This document shows, one piece after another, positions 1 to 15,453 of a DNA stretch of 64,000 nucleotides. The DNA is taken from contig OZ024760.1 of assembly GCA_964016885.1 (NCBI GenBank), positions 26,164,001-26,228,000 of the forward strand, in the 5' to 3' direction. The translations under genes were made by a program, and so were the position numbers. The notes under the pieces are model-generated. The model was not told the DNA's origin. It saw nothing but the letters and a program-made list of their open reading frames with translations, and did no database searches. The first letter of the stretch is position 1, and each line of letters starts with the position of its first letter. The DNA comes from Eledone cirrhosa (Eukaryota).

Positions 1-57
1 GATAGAGTTTGATAGTGAGAGAGAGAGGGGAGATAGATAAAGAGATAAATAGAGTGC

Positions 58-90
<33 letters not shown>

Positions 91-293
91 TGAGAGAGAG
101 AGAGAGAGTGTGAGAGAGAGAGAGAGAGAGAGAGTGAGAGAGAGGGAGAGAGAGGGGCATAGATAGAGATAGAAAGAGATAGAAAGATAGAGTTTGATAG
201 TGAGAGAGAGAGGGGAGATAGATAAAGAGATAAATAGAGTGCGAGATAGAGAGAGAGATAGATAGAGAGAGAGGTGGAATAGATAGAGATAGA

Positions 294-333
<40 letters not shown>

Positions 334-423
334 GGGCATAGATAGAGATAGAAAGAGATATAGAAAGATAGAGTTTGATAGTGAGAGAGAGAGAGGAGAT
401 AGATAAAGAGATAAATAGAGTGC

Positions 424-461
<38 letters not shown>

Positions 462-1269
462 GAGAGGTGGAATAGATAGAGATAGAGAGAGTGAGATAGA
501 TAGAGAGAGTGAGAGAAAGGGAGAGAGATAGGGGTGGGTGGGAGAAAATAAGAGTTTCGTAAACAATAATGACTCCTCTTATTTCCAACTGGCGAGCAGC
601 CACTCGTTGAGTCCAACCTTAGAGCTCTCCATTGCCAAATATCTTCAACCTGACACAGAGCCAACAACATTGTTCTCCTATATATAAATTTGAGGGATTT
701 CCGTCCGTCCGTCTGTCACACAATGTGTGTGTGTTGATGTGAATATAAGTGTGTAAAAGGAAGAAAGGGGATGATGAAAACAAAAGCTATAAGAAAACAG
801 CGACTGGGGTTTCATTTGCTACGCTGTGTGTGAGTGTGTGTATATGTGCGTGTTTGTGTGTGTGTGTGTGTGTTTGAGTGAATCTATGTGTATGTTTGTG
901 TGAATGTATGTCTGTGAGTGTGTATTTTTGTAAGTGTGTCTGTGTTTACACGTTTATATTTATATACTCAAACATATAAATGTATGTATATGCACACACA
1001 CACACACACGTATAGACATATACACACGCACACACATATACACATACTCGTCAACGTCTGGTAAACAATTCTAGTTTTGATTTATTTCTAAGGTAACTTA
1101 TTTTAATTCGTGTGTATGTGTTTACCTTGTAGTGTCAGTTTTTTACCCAACATGCACACTCACACATACATATATATACACATACACACATATATATACA
1201 CACACATACTCACATATACACACACATAGTCACATATACACACACATACTCACATATACACATACACAC

Positions 1270-2330
1270 GTAAGGACCCTTTCTCGTGGTTTGTCTCTGT
1301 ATCTATTCTTCTTCAGAGTCCTCAAACTCTCCTCCCAGCAGGTTCTATCAGAAGCAACCGTCTCCAACTCACCTGGCTGGACACCCAAGCAAGACCAGCC
1401 AAGTTCATGGATGTTATCCAACCATCTTGCTCGGGGCTTACCCCTGAATCTCCTGTCGGTTGGTTTTGCTCGTAAAATCTGTCCAGTGATTCTTTCCTGA
1501 GACATTCTAACCACATGTCCATAGTATCAGAGCTGTGGTCTCTTAATTCGGAGAAATAGCAGCTCTACTTGGAGTGACTCTCTGATCTCCAAGCTACAAA
1601 TCTGTCCAGTGATTCTTTCCTGAGACATTCTAACCACATGTCCATAGTATCAGAGCTATGATCTCTTAATTCGGAGAAATAGCAGCTCTACTTGGAGTGA
1701 CTCTCTGATCTCCAAGCTACAAATCTGTCCAGTGATTCTTTCCTGAGACATTCTAACCACATGTCCATAGTATCAGAGCTATGATCTCTTAATTCGGAGA
1801 AATAGCAGCTCTACTTGGAGTGACTCTCTGATCTCCAAGCTACAAATCTGTCCAGTGATTCTTTCCTGAGACATTCTAACCACAAGTCCATAGTATCAGA
1901 GCTATGATCTCTTAATTCGGAGAAGTAGCAGCTCTACCTGGAGTGACTCTCTGATCTCCGAGCTATCTGTCCAGTGATTCTTTCCTGAGACATTCTAACC
2001 ACATGCTCCTAGTATCAGAGCTATGATCTCTTAATTCGGAGAACTGGCGGCTCTACCTAGAGTGACTCCCTGATCTCCGAGCTATCTGTCCAGTGATTCT
2101 TTCCTGAGACATTCTAACCACATGCCCCTAGTATCAGAGCTATGATCTCTTAATTCGGAGAACTGGCGGCTCTACCTAGAGTGACTCGCTGATCTCCGAG
2201 CTACACAATTTATCGAGTAACCTTACTCCAAAGATCCTTCAGTGAAACCCCATTTCGGTCGCTTGTATTCCCGATCGTATTCTTTCGGTCATTACCCTAG
2301 ATTAATGACAATAGGTGAGGATTGGCACGA
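1270..2330 (-). mobile_element. RTE-type LINE 3' fragment, decayed
   Basis: YGHVVRMSQER...R.RGKPRARWLDNI...A.DR..W, a C-terminus typical of RTE-clade ORFs; stop codons present. Confidence 0.75.
1477..2203. repeat. Six tandem copies (123/119 bp) of a segment of the RTE coding region
   Basis: ATCTGTCCAGTGATTCTTTCCTGAGAC recurs at 1477, 1600, 1723, 1846, 1965 and 2084. Confidence 0.95.
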
Positions 2331-2617
2331 AAAGATAAATTTTGCTAAATCTATCGACACGTGTTTTCTTAATGTACTAGTTTTATCAATATATCAAGCT
2401 GTGAAGATAGGTAAACCAATAAACACACACAAACACGCACCCCCCCCCCCCCCACGCACACACACACACAGATATATACACACACACACATACGAACTCA
2501 TAAATACACACACACTCACAAAAACACGCACATACATACATACACATATATATATACACGCACACACATAAATACACACACGCTCACAAACACACACACA
2601 CAAAAGCAAACACAAAT

Positions 2618-2648
<31 letters not shown>

Positions 2649-2825
2649 CACACACAAACGAATTCACACACAGATAGACAAAAACACATACGCAAACACA
2701 TACATACACATATATATATACACGCACACCCATAAACACACACACACATACACGCACATATATATATATGCACACACAAACACAAATACACACACACACA
2801 TACACACACATAAACACACACACAT

Positions 2826-2902
<77 letters not shown>

Positions 2903-3343
2903 AAATTGAGGTTGGTAATGGCACATGGAATATATAAGAGACAGAATACTTTTTTGTGAAAAAACATATAATTTTATAAGGTAAGGAAATAATAAAGGGT
3001 ATAATTTTTTATACCCTTTATTATTTCCTTACCTTATTAAATTATATGTTTTTTCACAAAAAAGTATTCTGTCTCTTATATATTCCATGTGCCATTACCA
3101 ACCTCAATTTTCTCTATAACCTTCGTTTTGTGTAGTAAATTACACTTTTCATATATATATATATATATATGTGTAAATGAAGTAATTCCGTCGGAAAAGT
3201 CCAGGAAAAAAGAGAGTGCTCTATGTAAGCAACAGAGCTTAATTATTATTATGTAATAAACAACATAAGGCAATTATTCCATTTACCAGTGGTTTCTTAA
3301 AAGCAAAAGGTTTTGCTTTCAATTTTAAACAAACCAGGATTTT

Positions 3344-3401
3344 TTCGTTCTGAGGATTGAAAGCAAAACCTTTTGCTTTTAAGAAACCACTGGTAAATGG
3401 A
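3344..3401 (+). ncRNA. Type I hammerhead ribozyme motif
   Basis: TTCGTT-CTGAGGA-TTGAAAGCAAAA/TTTTGCTTTTAA-GAAA-CCACTGG-TA-AATGGA. Confidence 0.8.
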
Positions 3402-3604
3402 ATAATCGCCTTATGTTGTTTATTACATAATAATAAATATATATATATATATATATATATGCAAAAGTTCTATTTAAATTGTTGGGATACAACAAGTAAA
3501 TATTTTTATAACTGATATAAAGCACTCCTGATGTCCTCCAAAAGTAATGGTCGCATTTTGAAAGGGTACGTCAATGCTTATTTATAAAACTGATATATAT
3601 TGTA

Positions 3605-3665
3605 TTTTGTCTGATGAAGGCATACCATAATTTAACTTGGTATCCTTGAAATATGTATAATGAAA
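3605..3665 (+). ncRNA. Type I hammerhead ribozyme motif
   Basis: TTTTGT-CTGATGA-AGGCATACCA..TGGTATCCTT-GAAA-TATGTA-TA-ATGAAA. Confidence 0.75.
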
Positions 3666-3709
3666 AAGATATGGTTTTATAAATATAGTTTCCATTTGTT
3701 AATATCGTA

Positions 3710-3770
<61 letters not shown>

Positions 3771-3804
3771 TGGATAGATAGATAGATAAATAAATATAAA
3801 TCTA

Positions 3805-3869
<65 letters not shown>

Positions 3870-3903
3870 TGGATAGATAGATAGATAAATAAATATAAAT
3901 CTA

Positions 3904-3940
<37 letters not shown>

Positions 3941-4115
3941 TGGATAGATAGATAGATAAATAAATATAAATCTATCTATATATATATATAATTGGTGTTG
4001 GATGCTTAAAGCGTCCGTATGCAGTAGCCCTTATGAGCACTTGATACCCTCGTAGAGCAGAGTAGGATATCACAGAAAAAAGAGAATCAGTGTTGTGACG
4101 AATGGAATTTATTGG

Positions 4116-4210
4116 ACATATTACAATTGTTTCTCTGGCGACCAGCTCGAGGCACGATTGATGTGGTGATCAAACCTGACTTTGAAATCGCATGGTCCTC
4201 AGATACGTCT
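4116..4210 (-). ncRNA. Type I hammerhead motif with long stem II (mirror copy on + at about 4248-4341)
   Basis: GACGTAT-CTGAGGA...GAAA-CAATTG-TA-ATATGTC. Confidence 0.7.
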
Positions 4211-4917
4211 CGTTTCTACGAAGCAGATTTTCCTATTGTAGAATTGAGACATATCCGAGGACTGCGCGATTTCAGAGTCAGGTTTGATAACAACATCGAT
4301 CGTGCCTCGAGCTGGTCGCCCGAGAAACCATTGTAATATGTCCAATAGGTATGTTTATATACATTTTTTCTTCTAACTTTAATTTTATACTTAAATGTGT
4401 ATGGTTGACGATATATTTAATCGATTTCCACGTGCTATTGAACTGGTGGGTAAATATTCTATAGCTGTTGATCGCGAATAGATGGCTGTCATTTATTTAT
4501 CTATTATTTCTTCATAGGTGCCTTTTAATCTTATAGCCTGGTTTACTTGGTTTTTTGTGTGGTTGATTATGCTGATTGGGAGAGGAAATTATGTATATAT
4601 CTTATCAAATGATTCTATGGACATACTTTATAGTATATATATATATATATTAAAATATATATATATATATAATTTCCATCGAATGAAACAGTTCTAGTCT
4701 TGTAGAAGCCATTTCTATATTAAATATTTATACTCTGTTATGTATTACCTTACTTACTATGTACCTTACTTACCCGAGTACCTTACTTACTGTGGTTACC
4801 ACGGATTTAACCCGGGATAAACGCACAGAAACACAGACACACAGCCACAAACGCACACATATATAAATGTATATATATATATATATATATATATAAACAA
4901 AAACACACACACGCACA

Positions 4918-4962
<45 letters not shown>

Positions 4963-5143
4963 ATTGTTTCCGAAGAAGACGGTAGGATATGATCGAACCC
5001 ATATATTATGTATGACAGTATACAGTTCTCTAACTGCTATAGATCAGTCAATATGATCAACCCTCCGAAACGATCGTAAAACAATGAATGAAATAAGTAA
5101 AATAACTTGCCTTTGTTATTATCATTAAATAAAATAATATGTA

Positions 5144-5222
<79 letters not shown>

Positions 5223-5355
5223 GCGTCCGGAACATTAACGCTTGGAGTACCATGCTCTTCCTGCTATTTCAAGCGTTAACCTAATATATTCCTTCCACAT
5301 ACTGTACTGATTGTGTTGTTATTTCTGTTTACCTTTTACATACACACACACACAA

Positions 5356-5387
<32 letters not shown>

Positions 5388-5462
5388 TATATATATATTT
5401 ATATATATTACATATATATATATATATATACATATATATATGTGTGTATATATATATACATA

Positions 5463-5516
<54 letters not shown>

Positions 5517-5522
5517 CATACA

Positions 5523-5627
<105 letters not shown>

Positions 5628-5744
5628 AAAATGAATATAAAATGAAAGTGCTTTTTTTTAAAAAGGAATTTATTAGGTATTGACATATGTTTCTGTAACA
5701 GACGGAATACCTATGTATATATATATTTATATATATATATATGT

Positions 5745-5854
<110 letters not shown>

Positions 5855-5943
5855 GTGTGTGTGTGTGTTTATAAATCAGATATCAACGTTACTTTTTTCC
5901 TTTTCCGTATAGTTCAGGAAACTTTGTACAAATGATAAAAACC

Positions 5944-6123
<180 letters not shown>

Positions 6124-6253
6124 GCTAACAGGACAAAGGAAAAGGAAAAAAACGTGTTCTCGCTGAGTACAGGTATATAGCCAAACAAATATATATGATT
6201 ATCGACAGATAAATATACATAAAAGTGTTTAAATAAATACATACATAAAAATA

Positions 6254-6357
<104 letters not shown>

Positions 6358-6368
6358 GTATATATATA

Positions 6369-6411
<43 letters not shown>

Positions 6412-6489
6412 TATACGTATTTTATATATATACATATATATATGTATGTATATATATATATATATATATATTTGTGTGTATCAATATGC

Positions 6490-6523
<34 letters not shown>

Positions 6524-6571
6524 TAATAAATACACACGCGCGTACTCGCACAAACACACAAACACAAACTC

Positions 6572-6653
<82 letters not shown>

Positions 6654-6807
6654 GTGTGTGTGTGTGTGTGTGTGTATATACTATTATATACACTTCATAT
6701 ACGATATATAATATAAGGTAAAACTTACATGACTAGTTTATATTCCGACTTTTAACAGCAAACTGGGGATCCAGACTTTGATACGTATGTATTTATATAC
6801 ACAAGCA

Positions 6808-6891
<84 letters not shown>

Positions 6892-6928
6892 ATGTATATA
6901 TATGTGTGTGTTTGTATGCGGTTGTGTT

Positions 6929-7001
<73 letters not shown>

Positions 7002-7097
7002 GTCTGTGTGTGTATGTATATATATGTGTGTACCTTTGTCTGAGTGTTTATATATATATGTGTGTATCTATCTATAGGCAAGTACGATATACATACG

Positions 7098-7199
<102 letters not shown>

Positions 7200-7202
7200 T
7201 AG

Positions 7203-7260
<58 letters not shown>

Positions 7261-7497
7261 ATTTGTCTATATTTGCCTGTATGTCTCTGTATGTGTGTGT
7301 TTGCCTGTGAGTGTGTCTGTTTGCCTGTGTGTGTGTCTGTATGTGTCTGTGTGTGTCTGTATGTGTTAGTGTGTCTGTGTCTGTATGTGTATGTATGTGT
7401 CTGTATGTGTCTGTATGTATGTGTCTGTGTGTGGCATATAAGGATATTTCCCTTCAAATGTTAATTGTACCTTTTTTCTAATCTCTCTCTCTCACCC

Positions 7498-7555
<58 letters not shown>

Positions 7556-7692
7556 TCCCTCTGTCTCTCTCTTGCTCCCCTTCACTTTCTCTATCTCTCA
7601 CTCTCACTGTCTCTATCTCTCTTTCCCGCTCTGTCTCTATCTCTCTATCTCTCTCTCCCACCCTCTCTCTATCTCTTTCTCTCTCACCATCA

Positions 7693-7739
<47 letters not shown>

Positions 7740-7766
7740 CTCTCTCTATCTCTTTCTCTCTCACCA

Positions 7767-7842
<76 letters not shown>

Positions 7843-8400
7843 CTCTCTCTGTCTCTCATCCTCTCTCTATCTCTCTCTCTCACCCTCTCTCTATCTCTAT
7901 CTCTCTCTCAAACATAAATTTTTCTTTCTTTCTCCTTTTTCTGTATCTATTTTTTGCCAGACACATTCATACAGGTAGGTACATACACACACACATAGAG
8001 ACACATACACACACACTGACATACACACATATATATACACACACACACATATGCACACAGACACTGATATACACACACACATATATACACATACACAGAC
8101 ACACACACAGACACACATATATACACATACACAGACACACACACAGACACACATATATACACATACGCATACAAACACTGACATAGACACACTGACATAC
8201 AGACACACGTATATACACATACACATACACACACATACAGACACACGTACATACAGACACACGTACATACACAAACACATATATACACTTACATACACAC
8301 TGACATAAACACACAGACACACATACATACACATACACATAAACACTCTTTATTTCTCCTCCTTTCTCTCTTTCTCTCTCTCATTCCTTTTCACGCACAC

Positions 8401-8477
<77 letters not shown>

Positions 8478-8658
8478 CACATATATATATATACATATCG
8501 GTCCAGAATTAGCCGTCGAAACGGGTTGAGCTCAGCCGTCGGGGTCCTACTCGTTCCTATTACCCACTCTACTACCCTAAGTATTGAGTACTTTGGTGCG
8601 TTATGGTCCACCTGGTTCCTTACCACATTTCCTTCGTTACATATATATATATATATAA

Positions 8659-8785
<127 letters not shown>

Positions 8786-8971
8786 AATAACGAAGGAAAT
8801 GTGGCAAGGAACCAGATGGACCATAACGCACCATAGTACTCAATACTTAGGGTAGTAGAGTGGGTAACAGGTAAAAGTTTAACCCCGACGGCAGAGTGAA
8901 GCCGTTTCGACGGCTATTTCAGAAATAGCCGTCGAAACGGCTTCAGCTCTGCCGTCGGGGTTAAACTTTTT

Positions 8972-9008
<37 letters not shown>

Positions 9009-9867
9009 ATATATATAAAACCCTCTATCTATCTCTATTTCATTTTCTTAACTACACATACATACACACCGAACACACACACCATACACACACTCACACA
9101 CAACACACACATTAACACACACACACACACACACATTCCCTTTTCCTCTACGCCTTCGCCCTTTCTGTCTCCTCTATATTTGCCTATCTCTCTCTATATC
9201 CCCCCCCCCTCAACCTTTATTTTGTCCCCACCTCTCTCCCTGACACCCTCTGTCCCCACTAACCAGCCTCCACCCCAATATCCTTAACCCTCCCTCAATA
9301 TCTCTCTCCCTACCCACCCATCCCCATACACCAGTTCCCTCCCCTTAGACAGGCCCCCAACCATCCCATATAGACTCACAGCCACCCTGCTCTCCGTGAC
9401 CTCGAGGTCAACTACAGATGAGACGAATATCCTGCCTCTCAGTTTGAAATATCCCCAACATTAGCCGTTTTTCTTACTGACGTGACGTCATTGCTAGTCC
9501 TATCTATGGGTGGGGGGTAAAGATATATGTCATGGGTAACACGACCGCAGTTTCGCCAGTTAAAAAGAGCCACCAACTGGTTTCATGAGATATTCCCAAC
9601 AGTAGCCGTTTAAGATTGACAAAAGTGACGTCATTGCTACCCCTATCTGTGTGTGTGTGTGGGGGGGGGGGGGGGTAGGATATATAAATCATGGGTACAC
9701 GACCGCAGTTTCGCCAGTTAAAAGAGCATCCCACTGGTTTCATCTTTCGTAACGACTCATCAGTGGTTAGCTATTTACCTCAACTATTTATCTCGAAATG
9801 TCAATGTTAAGAAAAATATACAGTATAACATTACAATATATATACTGTTATACAGTATAACATTATA

Positions 9868-10056
9868 GAGGGGGATTGGCAGTATCGGTAGAGGGTCGGA
9901 CGCCATGCTTTCCAGCATAGTTACGTCCCTTTACGATCTGAGTTCAAATCCCGCCGATGTTGACTTTGCCTTTCATCCTTACGGGGTCGATAAAATAAGG
10001 TACCAGTAATGCACTGGGTATTTGCTGGCCTTGTGCCTAAAGCAGAAACAATTATA
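9868..10056 (+). mobile_element. tRNA-derived SINE
   Basis: A box TGGCAGTATCGG, B box GAGTTCAAATCC, core GCCTTTCATCCTTACGGGGTCGATAAAATAA.GTACCAG, ATT tail; about 10 copies in the window. Confidence 0.88.
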
Positions 10057-10930
10057 ATATACAATGATGAACTGTGGCTAACGTGTGGGCCCTTGAAAGG
10101 TTTTGTAAAATGAACGTACAAGTGTTGTGCGACAAAGGGGGTAAATTGAATCACTGGTAAAATTCATTTTTGTGTGAACTGTAATTACTTGGGGGCGCGT
10201 GTTCTAGTGGTAAGAGTGTTGTAATTAAGATAATTGTGTCTACTTTTGTCACAAGGTCAGCAATTACCCCCAGTGTATTACTGGTGCTCTATTTTATCGA
10301 CCCCGTAAGGATGAAAGGCAAAGTTAACCTCCGACACTCCGACCTTGCGGAGGTGTGACACCCGCTGCAACAGTCACCCAACCTTGTGGGGCCCTTTCCT
10401 CAGACGGGCCGCTGATGCTCCAATCTTGCGGAGGAGCTCGGCAGTATGGGGTCCAAACGACCGGGAAATCGCGTGGTTTAGTAGTTAGGGTGTTCGTAAT
10501 TTCTTTCCCGTTCATTTTCTTCTTTCTCTCTCTTTTTTTTTCTCTATATTTCCCTAAATTTTATTTCCTTTTGTTTCCCCTTTTTATATTTTTTATAACT
10601 AAATAAGTTTTTTTAAATTTTTATTTTTGAATAAAGTTGAAGAATTTTCAAGTAGTAGAAAAAAAATAGAAAAATTGTTTTTATATATTTTACATTTTAA
10701 CATTTAAAAGGTTGTTGGATAAGCTGACTGGGTAGCGCGCCGAGGAGAATAAATGCCATTGTGGTATTTGTTCTGAACCTTTATGTTGTTAGTACAAATC
10801 CGGCCAAGGTCATTGCGACCACATGACCATATACATCTCAAACAGACTCGACACAAACGGTAGACATTGTGAAAGTATAATAATGTTAGAGTGATCTGTC
10901 CTTAGCAATATTTTTAACACACGCATACAC

Positions 10931-10988
<58 letters not shown>

Positions 10989-11089
10989 TCAGAGAAATAA
11001 CAATCTAACCAGGAACTGGACATATCAGAGTATTGACAAAATTATACACCTCAACAACATATGTACTTGTCTATACCACACTAATTCGG

Positions 11090-11144
11090 ACTGCCTGAAG
11101 AGGTCACAGCCAAAGATGGCTGTCACTGAAATATATATAGCAGT
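11090..11144 (+). ncRNA. Type I hammerhead motif (copies at 12138-12192 minus, 12531-12585 plus)
   Basis: ACTGC-CTGAAGA-GGTCACAGCCA AAGA TGGCTGTCACT-GAAA-TATATA-TA-GCAGT. Confidence 0.82.
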
Positions 11145-11200
11145 AATAAACGAAGCTAAATTTTAAACATTTGACTTTTTATTTAACTTTATTTTATATA

Positions 11201-11332
<132 letters not shown>

Positions 11333-11600
11333 CATACATACATATATATATATATACTTTTTACCCCTTGATAATTTGTGTGTGAGTCACGTTGGCTGAG
11401 TTCTTCTGATAGGAACTAAAAGATTGATTCTCTTTAGCTTCCCGTCCCCAGGTAAAATGTGTAAATCAGGGGCTAGTTGAGAGATAGGGTCCTATCGGTT
11501 GCCAGTTAATCGCTTTACCGTGTCGGTTGTCACAAACAGTCATGACCGGCACGGGCCGGTTTTGGATTCTGTCGATCAATTGGTTATTGATTAGGCGATA

Positions 11601-11710
11601 CCCGCTGATGAAGCCGCATAAGCCGATTGTGCATTGTTGCATAATATATGCAGACATATGGCGCAGTGCACCTTACTGCTGCATTAGTGCGGCAGAAACT
11701 CGAGTCCGGG
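11601..11710 (+). ncRNA. Type I hammerhead motif with long stem II and palindromic stem III
   Basis: CCCG-CTGATGA-AGCCGCA...TGCGGCA-GAAA-CTCGAG-TC-CGGG. Confidence 0.82.
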
Positions 11711-11855
11711 AACCAAATAGGCACCCGTTTTACGTGTGTTGTGTTGAGGCAAATAACTATGTGTATACTCTGGTAATGTATCTTACATTGCCCAATGAGT
11801 GCGCTGAGATACAACCGGTACTGGCATTAATAATTATGCTGGGTCCGTCAACCCT

Positions 11856-11981
<126 letters not shown>

Positions 11982-11998
11982 ATATATATACGTATATA

Positions 11999-12085
<87 letters not shown>

Positions 12086-12093
<8 letters not shown>

Positions 12094-12638
12094 AAGTTAA
12101 ATAAAAGTCAAATGATTAAAATTTAGCTTCGTTTATTACTGCTTTATATATTTCAGTAACAGCCATCTTTGGCTGTGACCTCTTCAGGCAGTTTGAATTA
12201 GTATGGTATAGACAAGTACATATGTTGTTTAGGTGTATAGTATTGTCAATACTCTGATATGCCCAGTTCCTTGTTGGGTTGTTAATTCACTGAGGAACTG
12301 GAGTCATATGAATTCAAACAAACGAATTTTAGTGTCAAAGGTCCCCTGCTCCCCTCACTGACCAATGAGAGGAGAAGGGGACCTTTGACACTAAAATTCG
12401 TTTGTTTGAATTCATATGACTCCAGTTCCTCAGTGAATTAACAACCCAACAAGGAACTGGGCATATCAGAGTATTGACAATATTATACACCTAAACAACA
12501 TATGTACTTGTCTACACCATACTAATTCAAACTGCCTGAAGGGGTCACAGCCAAAGATGGCTGTCACTGAAATATATATAGCAGTAATAAACGAAGCTAA
12601 ATTTTAATCATTTGACTTTTATTTAACTTTATTTTATA
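12086..12638. repeat. About 550-bp fold-back palindrome between (TA)n tracts
   Basis: Arms are reverse complements around about 12365 with a few mismatches. Confidence 0.95.
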
Positions 12639-12734
12639 TATATATATATGGAGATACAGTGCCCCATCTCTCTCACGTGTAGTTGGACGGTCGCTTTAAA
12701 AATTCTCTTAGTGTTGTCTGAAATTTATAGCCTT

Positions 12735-12816
12735 ACACACGCTGATGAACCTGGGTTATTTCACTTCTCTCAACAGCTTAATGGCGAAACAGATTACTTT
12801 GGATTTGTACGCGTGT
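12735..12816 (+). ncRNA. Type I hammerhead motif
   Basis: ACACACG-CTGATGA...GAAA-CAGA..TTTG-TA-CGCGTGT; stem II weak. Confidence 0.6.
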
Positions 12817-13065
12817 TATATAGTTATAAGGTATTTATTTACGCTTTAATTTATATTTTTATTTATCGTATCTATAGTCTGCCTTTCATAGGTTATAGAT
12901 TCCATACACTGGTGGTTTTTCCCTGTTTTATTGATAGCGCACTGTATATCTCTCTCTGGTGCGTTACCTTTTCAACATATTGTATTTTCAAGTGCTCAGG
13001 ATTTCCTCTCCTTTGAGAACATTATTTACAGGGAACGGCGAGAGTCTATGGCTCCGTTAATGTAT

Positions 13066-13140
<75 letters not shown>

Positions 13141-13267
13141 TAAGAAAATGTTGGTAAAATCCAGTACTTCAGTATGCGGATAGGGAGCACTCAACGAAGA
13201 TATAAGTTCCGGAGTTATAATAGTGACGAAACATAAGTCAATTGCATGAACTCATAATCCTTTATTT

Positions 13268-13323
13268 ACTGCTATATATATTTCGATGATAGCCATTGAA
13301 TGGCTATGACCTCATCAGGCAGT
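13268..13323 (-). ncRNA. Type I hammerhead motif
   Basis: ACTGC-CTGATGA-GGTCATAGCCA TTCAA TGGCTATCATC-GAAA-TATATA-TA-GCAGT; stem II changes compensate relative to the 11090 copy. Confidence 0.82.
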
Positions 13324-13799
13324 TAGTCACTTCTTAGATATGCCAGCTCTGTGTTTATGGTGTTGATGGTATCAGAGCCTTGGGACATGTCCAAAGGCTC
13401 TGATAGCTATCGTCAGCAACGTATACCTTCCTGCCAGATAGTTGAACGACGATAGCTAACAAGCTTGAAACCAGTACAGCGTTCCTTTGTCAGTGAACAA
13501 ACGAGCAACGGTGGTTGCTAGACACTACGGCTTAATACGGGATGTTTGTTTACAAACACACCGAGCATTATAATAAATGTTTGGTGAATCCATACGTACA
13601 TTTATATCTGTGTGCATGTATGTATATATATATACATACTACTGTACGTCTGTATACATATATGTATGTGCGTGTACATACTTATATATATATATATACA
13701 TGTATGTATATATATATACATATGTATATATATATACACACACACACACGCAGACACACCACATACACACACACATACACACACACATATATATATATA

Positions 13800-13872
13800 T
13801 AAGACAGTACAACAGGCCACCTTTAAAGTTATTATCTGTCTTACACACGCACACACACACACATACACACAC

Positions 13873-13939
<67 letters not shown>

Positions 13940-13976
13940 AGACAGTACGACAGGCCACCTTTAAAGTTATTATCTG

Positions 13977-14053
<77 letters not shown>

Positions 14054-14070
14054 CACACACACACCCACAC

Positions 14071-14107
<37 letters not shown>

Positions 14108-14150
14108 TGTAAGACAGTACGACAGGCCACATTTCAAGTTATTATCTGTT
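13800..14150. repeat. Three copies of a 43-bp unit separated by (CA)n/(TA)n
   Basis: AAGACAGTACGACAGGCCACCTTTAAAGTTATTATCTGTCTTA at about 13801, 13939 and 14111. Confidence 0.9.
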
Positions 14151-14256
14151 ATTAAATATATTTACTGTTGCTTTCTTCTTTCTTCCTTTCCTTATTTAAT
14201 GTTTATTTATTTTGTTCGTCTATTTATCGCTGTTGTTGTTGTTGCTTAATTCTATT

Positions 14257-14275
14257 GCAGCAGCAGCAGCAGCAC

Positions 14276-14350
<75 letters not shown>

Positions 14351-14399
14351 CAGCAGTAGTAGCAGTAGTAGTAGTAGTAGTAGTAGTAGTAGCAGCAGC

Positions 14400-14464
<65 letters not shown>

Positions 14465-14513
14465 CAGCAGTAGTAGCAGTAGTAGTAGTAGTAGTAGTAG
14501 TAGTAGCAGCAGC

Positions 14514-14575
<62 letters not shown>

Positions 14576-14624
14576 CAGTAGTAGTAGTAGTAGTAGCAGT
14601 AGTAGTAGTAGTAGTAGCAGCAGC

Positions 14625-14668
<44 letters not shown>

Positions 14669-14678
14669 CAGCAGCAGC

Positions 14679-14749
<71 letters not shown>

Positions 14750-14885
14750 CAGCAGTAGTAGCAGTAGTAGTAGTAGTAGTAGTAGTAGCAGCAGCAGCAG
14801 TAGTAGTAGTAGTATTAGTAGTAGTAGTAGTAGTAGCAGTAGTAGTAGTAGTAGTAGCAGTAGTAGTAGTAGTAGTAGCAGCAGC

Positions 14886-14923
<38 letters not shown>

Positions 14924-14933
14924 CAGCAGCAGC

Positions 14934-14971
<38 letters not shown>

Positions 14972-14981
14972 CAACAGCAGC

Positions 14982-15040
<59 letters not shown>

Positions 15041-15110
15041 CAGCAGTAGTGGCAGTAGTAGCAGTAGTGGTAGTAGTGGTAGTAGTTGTTGTTATTGTTG
15101 TTATTGTTGT
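14257..15110. repeat. (GTA)n/(GCA)n trinucleotide array with higher-order interruptions
   Basis: Seen directly. Confidence 0.97.
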
Positions 15111-15453
15111 TCCTCGAACCATCTAAAATGTCAACCTTTCCCAAATATTGCCGAATTGTATTGCAGACGACAACGCCATCTACGTAAACTTATTTATAAC
15201 TCCCTTCCTTCATACATACTTATATACATATACATACATATACATACATATACATACATGCATATACATATATATATATACATATACATACACATACATA
15301 CATACATACATACATACATACATACATACAAACATACATACATACATACATACATACATACATACATACATACATACATACATACATACATACATTTACA
15401 TATATATATACACATATATATATAGATACATAGATACATATATACATATATAG

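Noticed and set aside
570-660. Possible terminal exon on minus (CAG|G TTG AAG... LKIFGNGEL-stop)
   Set aside because: Too short, weak acceptor, no partner exons found.
9868-9955. tRNA gene
   Set aside because: A and B boxes belong to a multi-copy SINE head; no intact cloverleaf.
12086-12638. Palindromes as assembly artefacts
   Set aside because: Arms carry independent substitutions and solo arm copies exist elsewhere (e.g. 11005-11197); not fully excluded without reads.
14212-15144. Poly-Val, poly-Thr, poly-Leu and poly-Tyr ORFs (mucin-like appearance)
   Set aside because: Pure trinucleotide array that is open in several frames by construction.
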